Positions 43,262-60,650 of a stretch of DNA of 64,000 nucleotides are shown here, in pieces (position 1 is the stretch's first letter; the number at the start of each line of letters is the position of its first letter). The position numbers and the translations under genes were made by a program. The notes under the pieces were generated by a model. The model did not search any database. It was not told where the DNA came from and saw nothing but the letters and a program-made list of their open reading frames with translations. Source of the stretch: the human T2T-CHM13v2.0 reference genome, Homo sapiens; assembly GCF_009914755.1 (NCBI RefSeq), contig NC_060935.1. One strand, 5' to 3'.

Positions 43262-45729
43262 TTCATATAAATCAAACATAAGAAGGCTCTGAAAGGTGGA
43301 AAGAAGAATGCTGACTGGCTAGGTAGGGTCTTGGGGCCAGAGGAATGACATGGTGGTGGGCTCCCTGGATTTTCTTTTTGCCTTCTATATCCCAGACTTT
43401 TTGGTGGAGAAACTAGCAGCACAGAAATGCCAGTGGGCACAGAGAAAAGAAATCCTGAGAAAAGCTGGCTCTTCTAGCTAAAAGTCCAAGAAAGGGAAGC
43501 CTAGAAGGACAGAAAGGACTAGAAGTATAAACAATAACTTCTCTATTTCTGCCAAACACCACAGAAAAAACTGCCATCATTTCCATTCGACCAGCAAAGA
43601 TTGAGTGCGGAGACTAGATGCCCGCCCTTGCAAGGCTGTCATGAGGTGGCTCAATACCCGCACTGGGATGGTGTTAGAGAAGACCAAGCGGGGTGTTGGG
43701 ACTTCTATCCCCACCACACGGCAGTGGGGCATCCCCACTGTGGTGTCAATGGTGACCATACGTGGGGCCGGAACTTCCACCCCCACCTGGAAGTGACATG
43801 GCATCCCTCCCCGTCCTCAGTGGGATGGCATCATAGGAGGCCTAGCAGAGAGTCAGGGCCTCTGTCATTGTCCAGTGGCAATAAGGCTGCTCTCACCATG
43901 GTATCAGTGGATACCACATGAGGCACTAGAACCATCGCACCTGCCTAGCAGTGACAGGGAACACCCCACCTCAGGTGACAATGAAGGCCAGGTGGGGAAC
44001 CTGCACTTCTACCTCTAACTGGAAGCACCAAGGTGGTGCACACCACATTCCCTCATCAGAGAAGTATCAGGAAAAGCCAGGTAAAACAAAAGGTTTAAAT
44101 GAGATCCGTCCTCATAACATAATACCAGTATGTTCAGGTTTCAATAAAAAATCACTTGTCATACCAAGAAGCAGGAAGAGCTCAAAGTGAATATAGAAGG
44201 TAGTCAAGATATGGCAACACCAAGGTAACAGACATGTTAGAATTATCTCACAAAGACTTTAACGTGGTTATGCTAAAAGCTCTTCAATAAGCAATTACAA
44301 ACCTGTTTGAAACAAAAATATTGAAAGCCTCCACAAAGAAACAGAAGATCAAAGCAAAGAAATAGAGGATATAACAATAGAAATATTTACAAACAAATTT
44401 TAGAACTGAAAATACAATAACCAAAAAAAAAAAAAAAAACAAAACCACACTGGATGTGCTCAACAGCATAATGGAGGGGACAGAAGATAGAATCAGTGAA
44501 CTTGAAGATAGAACAATCAAATTATCCAATCTGAATAACAGAGGGAAAATAGATTAAAAGCCAAAAAAAAAAACCACCCATAAATATAGCCTCAGGGAGA
44601 TGTGGGAATATAACAAAAGATCTAAGCTTCATGTCATTGGATTTCTGGAAGGAGAGGAGAAAGGGCAGGACTGAAAAACGACTTGAATAAGTAATGGCAG
44701 AAAACCTGGCAAGAGACATAAACCTGCCTTTATGAGAAGCTGATCAAACCCTAAAGAGGATACACCTAAATAAATCTATATCAGACACATCCGAATTAGA
44801 GTTTTGAAAACTAAAGTTACAGGATTTTAAAATCTTGAAAGCAGCCACAGAAAGATGATACTTTAGCTACAGGGGAAAATACTTTAAATTACAGCAGATT
44901 TCTCTTCAGAAACTATGTAGTCCGTGTGGAGGTGGCACAATATTTTTCAAGTGATGAAAAGAATGAACTGTCCACCGGCATCTTATACTGAGCAAAAATA
45001 TTTTTCAGGAATGAAGAGGAAATCATCTAGTTCTTAGATGAAGGAAAACTATGACAATTTGTTTCCAGCCGATCTATACCCAGAAAGGATAGCTAAAGAA
45101 AGTTTTCTAAACAGGAATGCAATGGTAGAAGAAGAAACCATGGAACATCAGGAAGAAAGAAAGAACATGGTAAGCAAAAATCTGAGCAAATGTAACAGGC
45201 TAACAGGCTTTCCTTTTACTCCAGAGCTTTATAAATTACATTTTGTGGTTGAAGTAGAAATGTAATACTGTTTGACGTGGTTCTAAATGTATGCAGAAGA
45301 AACATTTAAGACAATTATATTATTAATGGAAGAAGGTAAAAGGACATAAAAGAGGTAAGGTTTTTATAGTTTACAGAAACTGGTAAAGTTACAATTAGAC
45401 TATGAAATGTTATGTGCATATAATGTAATATTTAGAGCAAACACTACAACGCCTATACAGAGATAACCCTAAAATTATCACACAAATATTAAAAAGGAAT
45501 TCTAAAAACGTTTAAGTAACATAGGAAGTTAGGAAAGAAAACCCCGAGAAACTAAAAGCAGAGAGAACAAACACAAAAGAAAAAATAAAATGGCAGACTT
45601 AAGCACTGACATATCAATAATTAATTAAAAGACAGAAATTGTCAAAGTGGATTAAAATACATGACTTGATCTGCTGTTTATAAGAAATTCACAAACTACA
45701 TGCAAGTTGAAAATAAAAGGTAGGAATAG

Positions 45730-46036
45730 GAGATCAACATTTTTAGCTTTCACATAGGAATGAGAACATGCAGTATTTATCTTTCTGTTCTTGTCTTATT
45801 TCACTTAACGTAATGTTCTCCAGCCTCATCCGTATTGCTGCAAATGACAGGATTTCATTATTTGCTATGGATGAATAGTATTCAATTTTCTATATCTACC
45901 ACATTTTCTTTATCCATTTATCTTATTGATGGACACTTAGGTTGATTCCATGTCTTGGCTACTGTGAACAGTGCTGCAGTAAACATGCCAGTACAGATAT
46001 CACTTCAACATATTGATTCGCTTTCCTTTGGATATA
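45730..46036 (-). mobile_element. L1MA fragment in antisense orientation
   Basis: gagatcaacatttttagctttcacataggaatgagaacatgcagtattt...ttcctttggatata. Confidence 0.85.
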
Positions 46037-47880
<1,844 letters not shown>

Positions 47881-48866
47881 CAAATCATGCAAATATTAAT
47901 CGAAGGAAGGCAGAGTGGATATATTAATATAAGATAAGTTAGACTTTAGAGTACAATATGTTATAAGAGATAGAGAAGTACATTATTTAAAAAGATTAAT
48001 CCCAAGTGTATATGCACCAGACAACAGAGCTGCAAAATATGTGAAGCAAGAACTAATATAACCAAAAAGAGAAATAGGCAAATCCGCAGTTACAGTTGGA
48101 AACTTCAACATTACTCTATCAAAAACTCTTAAAACAATAAGAAAATTAGCAAAGATATAGAAGAACTCAACACCACCATCAACCAACAGGATATAATCAA
48201 CATTCATAGAACACTCCACTCAACAACAGCAGCTACACACTTTCTTAAATACGCATGGAACATATACCAAGATAGAATATCCTGGGCCACAAAACAAACT
48301 CAAATAATTTAGAAAGAATTAAAATTATACAGAGAATGCCCTTTAACCACAATGGAATAAAAGTAGAAGTCAAAAACAGGAAGATAACAGGAAATTCTCC
48401 AAAGACTTGGAAACTAAACCACACACTGCTAAATAATCTATGGGTCAAAGAAATTCTCCAGAGCCATGAAAGTAGACATTGAATTGAATGAACATGAAAA
48501 TACAACATATCAAAATTTGTAGGACACAACTAACGTGGTGCTGAGGAAGACTTATAGTACCAAATTCAGACATTAGAAAAGGCTCAGATCAATACTCCCA
48601 CCTGAAGAACCTAGAAAAAGAAAAAAGTAAACTGAAAGCAAGTACAAGAAAATAAATAATAAAGGCAAGAAGAGATAACTAGGAAATTAAAAACAGAAAA
48701 TACAATAGAGAAAATCAATGAAAGAAAGAGATTATGCTTAGAAGAGATAGAAGGAAATTGCCAAAAAAATTGCAGAGAAAAAACGGAGAAGACACAATTA
48801 TCAATATCAGGAATGAAACAAGAGATAGCATTACACATCCTACAAATATCAAAAGGGTAATAAGGG

Positions 48867-50247
48867 GGTGCTGGGAAAACTGGATATCCATATGCAAAGG
48901 AATAGAACTAGACCCCATCTCTCACCCTATACAAAAAATAAATCAAGATGGATTAAAGATCTGACATTATGAAACTATTACAAGAAAACACTGGGGAACC
49001 TCTCCAGAACATTAGCCTGGGCAAAGATTTCTTGGGTAATACCCCAAAAGCACAGGCAACCACAGCAAAAATGGACAAATGGGATCACATCAAGTTAATA
49101 AAGCTTCTGCACTGCAAAGGAAACAATTAACAAAGTAAAGAGACAACTCACACAACGAGAGAAAATGTTTGCAAACTATCCATCTGACAAGGGATTAATA
49201 ACCAGAATATATAAAGAGCTCCAACAACTCAATAGGAAAATATTTAATAATATGACTTAAAATGGGCAAAATATTTCAATAGACATTTCCCAAAAGAAGA
49301 CATACAAAAGGCAAACAGGTATATAAAAGTGTGCTCAACATCATTGATCATCAGAGAAATGCAAATCAAAACTACAATGAGATATCATCTCATCCCAGTC
49401 AAAGTGGCTTTTATACAAAAACCAGGCAATAACTAATGCTGGTGAGGATGTGGAGAAAAGGGAACTCTCATACACTGTTGGTGGATATGTAAATTAGTAC
49501 AACCACTATGGAGAATAGTTTGGAGATTCCTCAAAAATTTAAAAATGGAACTATCATATGCTCTAGAAATTCCACTGCTAGGTATATACCCCAAAGAATG
49601 GAAATCAGTATATCAAAGAGATATTTGTACTCCCATGTTTATTGCAGTGCTATGCATGGTAGCCAAGACTTGGAATCAACCTAAATGTCCATTGACAGAT
49701 AAATGGATAAATAAAATGTGATACATATATATAATATAGTACTATTCATCCATAAGAAGGAATGAGATCCTGTAATTTGCCACAACGTGGATGGAACTGG
49801 AGGATATTATATTAGGTGAAATAAGCCAGATACGGAAAGACAAACTCCACATGTTCTCACTCATCTGTGAGAACCAAAAATTAAAACAATTGAACTCATG
49901 GAGGTAGAGAATAGAATGATGGCAACCAGGGGCTGGGGAAGGTAGTGGGGAGGTGGAGGAAGTGGGGATGTTAATAGGTGAAAAAATATAGTTAGACATA
50001 ATGAGTAAGATCTAGTATTTGATAGCACAACAGGGTGACTATGGGCATCAATAATTTGTACATTTCGGAATGACTTAGAGAGTACAATTGGAATGTTCAT
50101 AACACGAAGAAATGATGAATATTGGAGGTGACGGATACTCTGTTTACCCTGATGTATTACACATTGTATGCCTGTATCAAAATACCTCATGTGCCTTACA
50201 AATATATATACCTATTACATACCTATACAAATTAAAAATAAAAAAAA
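48867..50247 (+). mobile_element. 5'-truncated L1MA2/3
   Basis: ggtgctgggaaaactggatatcc...gatctagtatttgatagcacaacagggtgac...aattaaaaataaaaaaaa. Confidence 0.88.
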
Positions 50248-50667
50248 TTTTCAAAAGACAGTAAACGAATGAGGCAAACAACTCTACACACAAAAATTTG
50301 GTAACATTAACTATCACAACACACCCAATATAAAATGGATAATTTGAGTAGCCTTATAATTGTTAAGATAATTGAGTTTATAATTTAAAAACTTCCAATA
50401 AAGGAAATCTCCAGGATCAGATTGTTTAGATAATTCTACCAAACATTTTTTAAAAATGGATACTTTGGCTAACTAACACCGCTGTAGATCTTTGAAAGAG
50501 AGCCACACAATCTCTTTCTGAAAATAAAAGAGTACAGGCCACTTACCAATTTATTTTATGAATCTAGTATTACACTGATATAAAACAAGGTAAACACAGT
50601 ATCAAAAACCTACAGATTAATGTGTCTCATGAACATAGGTGCAAAAATCCTTAGTAAAACACTCGCA

Positions 50668-50993
50668 TTCATATGTTGAAACCTAAACACTGATGTGGTA
50701 TATTAGGAGGTGGGGCCTTTGACAGGTTATTAGCTCATTCAGGATCTACCCTCATGAATAGGATTAGTGCCCTTGTAAAGGAGACCCCAGAGAGCTGCCT
50801 TGCCTTTTCATCATATGACAGACACAGTGAGAAGGCACCATTTATGCACAAGGACATAGGCCCTCACCAGACTTCAAATTTGCTGGGAACTTGAACTTGG
50901 ACTTCCTAGCCTCCTAAACTGTGAGGAATAAGTTTCTGTTGTTTATACGCTAGCCAGTTTATGGTGTTATAGCAGCCCGAATAATCTAAGGCA
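50668..50993 (+). mobile_element. MLT1A/MLT1A0 MaLR LTR
   Basis: attcatatgttgaaacc...ggaggtggggcctttg...ttatagcagcccgaataatctaaggca. Confidence 0.88.
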
Positions 50994-52042
50994 CCATGAC
51001 TAAGTGGAATTTATTCCATGGATATAAGCTTGTTTGATATTTGAAATTAATCGACATAATCTACCATATTTGCAGACTTAAGAAGAAAAAACACATGACC
51101 ATATTACTTAATGCAGAAAAAGTAATTGACAAAATTTAAGATCTGTTGATGATAGAAATTTTCAGAAAAATAGGAGTAGAGGCGAACTTCTTCAACTTGA
51201 TAATGAGCATCTACAAAACAAACAAACAAACAAACAAACAAAAAACTAGAGCTAACATTACACTTAATGGTGAAAGACTGAGTGCTTTCTCCCTAATATC
51301 AGGAACAAGACAAAGATGTCTGTGCTCACTATTGTCATTCAACATAGTGCTGGCCATTCTAGCCAGTGAAATAAGGCAAGAAAAGGAAATAAAATGCATA
51401 CAGTTCAGAAAAGAAGAAATAAAATGATTCCTATTTGCAGACAATGTAATTGCCTAGGTCGAAAATATCAAAGGGTCTGAAAGAAAAACACTAAAAGCCA
51501 TAAAAATTTATTGTTATTTTGATATACTAACAATAAACACTGGAATTAATAATACAACACTCTTTACAGTTGCTTAAGAAATTAAAATACTTAGGTGTAA
51601 ATTTAACAAAACATGTGTGGGACTGTGATGTGAAAACCACAGAACAATAATGAAAAAAATTAAAGAATATTTAAACTAATGGAAAGATGTACTGTGTTCA
51701 AGAATTAGAAGACTCAACATATTATAAATTTTAATTCTCTTCAAATTGATATACAAGCTTAAAGCAATTCTTATCAAAATTCCAGCAAACTTTTTTTTAG
51801 ATATGACAATAGGATTCTAAAATTTATATGGAAAGGTAAAGGAACTATAATAGCTAAAACAATTCTGTAAAAAATAAAATGTGTGAAGGTAAATACATGG
51901 ACAAATATAAAAACCAGTATTATAATAATTTTGTTTGTTACTCCACTTTTTATTTATTTTCTATAGGATTTAAAAGAAAAATGCATAAAATAATTATATA
52001 TTTATGCTTTTGGGCACACAATGTTTAAAAAATGTAATTTGT

Positions 52043-52315
<273 letters not shown>

Positions 52316-53287
52316 TCAATATCATAAAGAAGTGAGCAGAGCTTTACAGAAGTAGAGTTTCCATATGTAACTGTAGTTAAGTTGGTATTAATTAAAAATA
52401 GATCAGTGTAACTGTGAGATGCTATATGTAACCTCTGGCTAATCACAAATAACATATATAGAATATACACAAAGTATACACTATATACAAAAATTAACTC
52501 AAAGTAGGTCAAAGATTTAAATGTAAGAGCAAAACGATAGAACTCCTAGAAGAAAGCAGGCTAAAGCCATCATGACATAAGATTTGGTGAGGATTTCTTG
52601 GATCTGACACAAACAGCATGGGTAACAAAAGAGAAAAATAGATAATTTTGACTCAATCCAAATTAAAAACCTTTGTGCATCAAAGGACATTATTAAGAGA
52701 GTTAAAAAGCAACACACAGAGTGGGAGAAAATATTTGCAAATAATACATCTGTTAAGGGACTAATAGCCAGAACATATAATGAATTCATGTAACTCAACC
52801 ACAACAACAAAACAAATCAACCCAATTCAAAAATGGGCCAGTATATTGAATAGACATTTTTCCAAAGAAGATACACAAATTTTCAATAAGCACATGAAAA
52901 GATGTTCAACATCACTAGTCATTAGGGAAATGAAAATCAAAATTATATTTAGATACCACTTCACACCCATTAGGATGGTTATTATATATATTTAAAACAG
53001 ACAACCCCCAGAATGACAAGTGCTAGTGAGGAGATGGAGAAATTAGAACACTTGTGCCTTGCTGGTGGGGATGTAAAATGGTGCAGCTGCTGTGGAAAAC
53101 TGTATGGTGGTTCCTCAAACATTTAAACATAAAATTACCATATGATCCAGCAATTCCACTTCTAGGTATATACTAAAAAAAAAATGACAGTAGGTACTCT
53201 AACAGATACTTGTACACCAATGTTCATAGCAGCATTATTCACAATAGCCAAAAGACGGAAACTATCCAATTGTTCATCAGTGTATAA

Positions 53288-53628
<341 letters not shown>

Positions 53629-54109
53629 AGATATTATTATTCATTCTTAAAAGAAATGAAATTCTTACACATGGCACAACATGGGTAAAGCTTGAGGACA
53701 TTATGCTAAGTAAACCATACACGAAAGGACAAATATCATATTATTTCACTTATAAGAGGTACCTTAAGTAGACAAAATCAGAGACAAGAAAGTATAGAGG
53801 TTATCAGGAGCTGAAGGAATGAAATTACTTTTTGATGGGTATAGAGTTTCTGTTTGGGTTGTATGAAAGTGTTCTGGAAATGGACGTGATGATGGTTGTA
53901 CAACCATCTGTGAATGTACTTAATGGCACTGAATTGTACTTTTAAGATGGTTAAAATTGTAAGTTTTATGTTATGTATATTTTACCATAATAAAAAGCAA
54001 CATATTGGAAAAAATAACTCATTCGTATAGTTCTTTATATGCTTTTGCACCCATTTTCTTTGATTTTCTGGGTTATAGCCCCTTGCCATCCACTTCTATA
54101 TACCCTGGG

Positions 54110-54285
54110 TTTATCCTGTCATAACACTCGTGCCAGCGAGCTGTAGTGTTTGATTATATTGTCCTCTTCAATAGTCTGCAAGTTTTCAGAAGGCAGATTT
54201 TCTTTCTCTTGTTCACAGTTGTGTCCCAGGGTCTATTTTGGTGTCTAGCAAGCAGTAAATGCTCAAATACTTGTTGAAAGCATTA
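54110..54285 (+). mobile_element. L2 3' end
   Basis: cagtaaatgctcaaatacttgttgaa. Confidence 0.7.
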
Positions 54286-57200
54286 ACTACTCACAGGTGT
54301 GTAAAACGATAGAAGACAAATGTCTTGTGACTCTAAGTCTAACCCTTATTTATTGGGACAATCCAACATTTTCTAATGATCTCTCTGCTTCTAGTACACT
54401 ACTTCTGTCATTCGAGCTGTATCTGTCTACAGATATGAAAGGTAGATATGTCTTTATAGAAACAGCTTGTATGGGCATGTCGCTTTAAGGATTAATGGTA
54501 AGTTCCAGTACAGTCTTTGGAGGAGGTTTCTTCTTGTATACCTGACATTGCCTTTCCCTCATTACCTATAAAATTACCTATAGAAATAATAAGGCAGAGT
54601 CTCCTAGGCAAAAATGGAATTGAAAGATCAGTATAGGTCTATTCAGGAGTATTTTCTAGTTTAATCACCTATTATTATATTCTTCCTCGAAGGTTTCTTG
54701 TTATGCTGCAATGCAAAGAATGTCCAATGAATTATAGTCAAAACTTAAGTCAGTTCAATACCAGAAACATATGTGTTTCCAAATCATAGTTTTCAAATAC
54801 ATTATTTTTAAACATGTGTCTATTTTGGCATTTTGCAGGCTATAAAATGAAAATATAGCTGAGAAGCACAAAGAATTCTGGCCCAGGTCCCAGATGAGAG
54901 GGAAGGGTGGCTTGAGAGGTGAATGTATTTGTTGTGTGAACACAGAATGTTGTGGGCGAACTATTGGGAGAGGATGCATAGGTGGTGCTGTCTTGCTTAT
55001 TCCCAGCAGAGGGTGCTTTCAGCCTGTGTGAAGCCTCCTGGGTCCTCCCAGCATTCTTCCATCCTTGAGGTTTTCTGTTCTTGTTATTACTTTTAAGTCT
55101 CAGCTTTGGTGGCCATAACCTTAGGGAAAAGCATTGAGATCTGAGGTTTGGCCAATGGTTCAAGGTTTATTGAGAAATGCTATGTTCACTTTATCAGGCT
55201 GGAGGAAGCTCTCTCTAGTTTTAACCAAAGGCCTGGGGACTGGAACTAAAATTAACAAAAAAGTTTGCAAGGCAAACAGCTCCACCTCTTCTCCCAGACC
55301 CAGATTCCTTTTCTCTTTGAACAGTTGGCTTTGAAATCACACCTAGTTTCTCCAGGTTGCAGAGAAATGTGGGAGCATGCGAGATTGTTTCAGTATGGCT
55401 GGCTTGGAGAACTGTGTGTCCCAGACTAAATTATCTGAGTGTGTGAGAGGATGACAGGTAAGAAAGACGGGGGAGTAATATATCTTTCATTTGACAGCAA
55501 GCTAAGGGACATCTTTGTAGCTCACGGGAGAACCCTGGGAAATGCCAGGCAGTCATGAATGCTAAAGCCTTTGGGATTCCTGCCAAGGAGAGGTGACCTA
55601 CATGCTCCAGGCCATAACGATTTCACAGGCTACACCAAGAGTGACAGGTTGGCTTACGCTGGAGGTTTTACACTTTGTATGTTCGAAGGCACTGTTTCAG
55701 CCACCCTGCCCTCCCCAACACCCACTTTTGCAACCGTCTGCACCCCCAGAGACGTTTGAAGACAACTTTTAAACTTTCAGTGTTAGTATTCAACTACCCA
55801 TGTGAATGCAAATGGGGAGGTTGTGGAAAGTCTGTGGTTTCCATCATAGACAGCTGCTGGGAGTGTTAAATCATGAATTTCTTGCTTTAAAAGGTCAAGT
55901 CTCTTATTAACAGCGGCTTGAATGGGAATCAGGCCTTTGGCTAAGCGCTGGGGATAAGAGGGGAAAAGGGACATTTGCTGAGTTCCTGAAATGTGCTAGG
56001 TGCTTGTTCTCCTCTGGCAACCACAGAGCCCAGTGACATCAGCACAATCATCTTTTACCATGTAGTGAACTTAAAGTTTAAGAACCCCATCCAAAGTCAC
56101 AGTCAGGGTTAGGGCCAGAATTGGGCACATGTCTGTCTGTGAACAAATTTCTGATTCATTTCACCCATCGATACTGGGCTCCTTGGGATTTAAGGAGATC
56201 AAAATCTTTCCATATGTGTAGTGCAGTTTCCTTCCTAGGGAAAGGGCAGATTCGCTTGGGAAGCTGAAATGAAATTGCTATGGGGAAAAATGGTCTATGA
56301 GAAATAGGCGCACTTGGGTCATAGCTTCTTTCTAGGTATCAAGGCTGAAGCCTGGGCTTATTCCCCAGATTGCTTTTCTTGTGGGAAGGTACAGACTGGG
56401 CCAATATGGTCTCCGAGTCCTATTAACCTGAGCCCAATCTGCAAAATCTCTGCACCCCATACAGAAGGCTCTGGGTCTTCTGGGAAGAAAATTCTTTCTT
56501 GAAGAGTCTGATTGGAGCTTTATCGCAGCCCCTAGGAAGGAGGGTGCCTAGGGAAAAATAAGAAATCACTGGGTCTATAGAGCAAAACATGCTGTATTCA
56601 AGTGTGTTCTACTGAGTAGCTTTTCTTAGCACAGATTCTGGGAACATGACTTTGACGATGATGACAGTGGTCTGGGCTAAATGAGGTACACATGGAGTGG
56701 ACTTGGGTTTGTTCACATGAAACTAGCTGATCTCCTGGGATGGAGTGAAGTGGGAACTGAAGAAAGCTGGGCAGGTGATGTGAGGGAGACAGAACCTAGG
56801 AGTTGGGAGAACTCCAGCTGGGAGGGGAGGCAGTTGGCCTCTGGGCAACCAGCAGTGGAGTTTCTCATTGTCTCTGAAGTCATTCATAGGGTCCCACCAT
56901 GGGCCAAACTTCCTCAGTCATGGGACGAAGGCTTTCTAAGACCCTGTCCTTTTGCACAAAGAGAAGGTAAAAGTGTTCCTTCAGATATAATTCAGTTAAA
57001 GCCCCAGGTACAGTGGGGCTTGTAACCTTTTTGTCTTCTTGCCGTTACTCATCTGTTCTTCTCTCTTGGGGTGTTCTTCCCTACCTCCCATCATTGGGCA
57101 AGTCCCATTTATTTTCCAAGTCCCACTTGTCATCTCCCCTCTCATTCTTCCTCCTCACTGTCAAACGCAGGCACCCAAATAAAATTTTGGTAAGTCAAAG

Positions 57201-58939
57201 CTGAGTTTCTTGCATGCCATGGCGGAAGAACATGACACTGATGGAGTTCTTGTAGTGTCTTGGAGGGAGGAGGGCAAGGCCGGGCTAGTTCTGAGGCTGT
57301 GAAGTCTTGTTTGAGGTGGGCCTTTCAATGCAGAAGCTTGATTAGGATTGGGTAAAGATTGTGAGTGGTGGACACAGAAGGGGAGGGTTTTGGCAGGAAG
57401 TTTGGGAGTGATTTGGAGCATAAAACATCACTTGATGCTATCTATTGAAGTTGAGCAATTTTAAGTGGATTTTTAGGAATGTTCAGATAAAGACGTAAAT
57501 CTTTTTCTTTCTGGACAAGGGTTTTTTGGAATGATAAAGTCATGTCAATGAAGACAGTGGAATAGCCAAACCACATGGCTATGTGGTTTTGGTTCTCACC
57601 AACTGTAGAAAAACATTTTCCTCCAAGACAGACCCAGCCATTTATTCAAATCCCACCACAGCACCCTTCAAGGAGGGCTGTAGCTCTGAGTCTCTCTACC
57701 TGCCCCTCATGTGGGTTCCTTGAAGGCAGGGACAGAGCTGGCAAACATTCAAATGTATAAACGTTGACAATGTTCTAGAATAAATGAAAGAAAACTTGTC
57801 CAAATGTGGCCCCTACACCAAACACAGGTTGCATTGCAGTTTACAGAGAAATCCTACCACAGAGGCTCAGTTCTACTGCTCCTGTCTTCTCTTCTACGGC
57901 CCTACCTCTTGCTCTCAATGACGGGAGAAAAATGTGATCAATACGGAGGGAAGAAAAAATACGAAACTACAATCCGTTGCATCTAGTCTTTAATCAGAAG
58001 TGTGGATATATATTTCTGACACGGGAAAAAGGTCAAAATCGGCATTTAAAAATGTGATGTAACTTAGATAACCTCCATGAAATGTTGGCAGCATGCCTTT
58101 TTCTTCTGGATCAGTACATGAATTTCAAGCCAGGTTACCTATCTGGCTACAATATTATGGCAGCTTCATTTTCTTGCTTAATCTTCCAGAATCAATCAGA
58201 ATTCAGTGTCTGAGCTTTGCTACAGTAATTGCCTGGGAGGGAGCTGGGCCAAACTAATAAGGGTCACTTCATGATTTTTCTACTGGGCTCTCAGTGGTCA
58301 CCAGGAAGAAAACTCAGCCGGGACCTAGAAGTCCTGCTTTATTTACCATGTCCGTTTTCAGACAACACTTGGGAGGCATCTTCCAGCTGTCTCTTACCTA
58401 ACCATGAATCCACAGAGTATTGTAGTCTGCAGTTTTTCTACTAGAACAATCAGTGAAAGGATAAAAGAAGATAGGTTGGGGAGGGAGCTGAGGGCAAGAT
58501 TACAGCAGAGCCAGATAATAAGAATGCCAATAACGCATTGTGATAGAATCACATTTGCATTACAGCCTTGTCAATAAAAGCTCTTCCCATCCTCACTGAA
58601 AAAATTAAAAGGCGACAACCAATTCACTCTTCCTATCAGTGACTTGTCCGGGTCTCTTCTCTCAGATGGGATCCAGTTGAGCAAATAGCAGGGGTGTATT
58701 TTAAGGATGCAGAGTCCTGAGAAAGGGAAGGGGGAAGCAGGCATATGGCCTCCACATTGGCCCACTCCTGGCCCAAAGAGCAGCTCAAGACTGAAGATGA
58801 TGGCTGTTGAATAAAAGGGCAGAATTCGTGGCTAGGTGAGGATGAATGATAGCTTAGGAAAGGACAAAAGGGAGCTCCTGGTATTTAGTAATAGCTGAAA
58901 AGTAGCTAACTTTTACTAAGCCTATAGATAGTCTGTGTC

Positions 58940-59230
58940 ATAGTCGCACGATGGAATATCACACAGACGTGAACATGAAAGAACACAGACCTTCCTGGCA
59001 ACAAACTTGGAAGAAAAAAAGCAAGTCCTGGAAGACTAATGTTATAGTGTACCCCTTTATAAAGCCTAAAAACAACTGAAACTAAATAATATGTTGTTAG
59101 GCATATATTTTTATAAGAATAATGTGAAGAAATAGAAAATGATGAACATATCATTTAGAATAGCAGTTATGTCTTGGGAAAGGAAGGGAAAGGAGACGGT
59201 GAGGAGTGTGTAGGTTGATGGGTATTGGAT
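58940..59230 (+). mobile_element. L1ME 3' fragment
   Basis: aaaaagcaagtc...aactaaataatatgttgttaggcatata. Confidence 0.55.
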
Positions 59231-59394
59231 GTTTTATGTACAAATATGTACATAAAAGAGACCATTGCATAGACAGTTGATAGAAGCATGTCATGGACCA
59301 AGGATCACCATTAATTTAAATTCTGCATACCTTAGACAAACACAGACACATACCCATAGATAACCATGAAACAAACACTGAACGAATCAGATGC

Positions 59395-59600
59395 GAAGCA
59401 CTTACCGGCAGACTCGACTCAGCATTTTGTGTGTCAGCTCATTTATTCTTATGACCACTTTGTGAGGTTGGTAGTGTGATAAGTCCCATTTGACACATGA
59501 GACAATTAGGCACAAAGAGGTTGAATCGCTTGCCCAAGGTCACTCAGATATCAAGTGGGAGAGCCAGGGTTCAAATTGAGTCTGGCAGCCAAGCCATATT
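59395..59600 (-). mobile_element. MIR
   Basis: cccatttgacacatgagacaattaggcacaaagaggttgaatcgcttgcccaaggtcac. Confidence 0.8.
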
Positions 59601-60597
59601 GTTCAGAATTCCTAGCTCAGTTCCTTCCTCAACCTTGACATGGCTCACTTCAGTCAGCATCTACCTCCTTAAAACCCAGCACTTGACACAACACAGGTCA
59701 GTATGTCGGTGTGTACATAGCACCTGTCATCTCCATTAGTCTGACAGTGCTGACCCATGGCCTGGCCCAGGGCAGTTGTGACAGGGGGTATTTGTGCAGA
59801 AATGACCACTGATCGACCAGACGTGAATGCCCACCCTCCCAATGAGTTGTCTGGCCATAGTCTGCTGGTTGTTCTGTGAAGTGGTCTGTGGTAAGAACTT
59901 GGCCCAGGAGTGGACAGAGCTAAGCTCATCAGACTTGAACTCCAGAATATGGATTGTGGAGTAGAGAGAAGATTGCTCAGCAGGTAGAGAAAGGAAACGG
60001 CATGCAGGGAAGAAGAGAGACGTCAGGAGAAATCACGCAGGCCCTGACATAGACCTGGTTTCTGGTGATATCATTTGTCCAGGGGCATAGAATATAGTCC
60101 TATCTGTGATTGTCTACATATGTGTATATACTACACTTGCCTAATACTTTATTCACCTTAGTAAACAGTGTAGAAAGACTAAGGGGAGTAATTATGAATG
60201 AGGTATGATAAATTCCATTTTCTACACAATACATGCAAAAAGATGGATGTAAATGCACTCTTTTTTCTTAAAAGAAAGGTTTCCTTTCAGCAACACTTCC
60301 TTGGGGCTGACTTAGAGGCCACAGAGAAGGGCCTCTGGAGAGCCCAAGTGAGAAACTAGCATGAGGCATAAAATTAAGTTGAAAACCTCCTTTGACATTT
60401 AAGAAAAGTCAACAACCATCTAAGTGATGAGAAAGACCAGAAATATAACTGGCTGAATGTCAATTTTAAAACTAGAAAGATAGCTGCTACTTTATCTCAC
60501 CGAGCAGGTGTTTCTGAGCAGTAAATAACTCACGGATGGTCTATTAAACTTTAATGCTTGTGATAACAGCAAAGAGCATGTTGCCGCCCTCCTAAAA

Positions 60598-60601
<4 letters not shown>

Positions 60602-60646
<45 letters not shown>
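60602..60646. repeat. (AT)n microsatellite, about 22 units
   Basis: Seen directly. Confidence 0.97.

Positions 60647-60650
<4 letters not shown>

Noticed and set aside
43600-44040. CRISPR-like repeat-spacer array
   Set aside because: Units are degenerate along their whole length, lie in an L1 5'UTR, and there are no cas genes in this eukaryotic DNA
56681-57025. 114-aa ORF in unique DNA
   Set aside because: No recognisable homology, promoter or splice support
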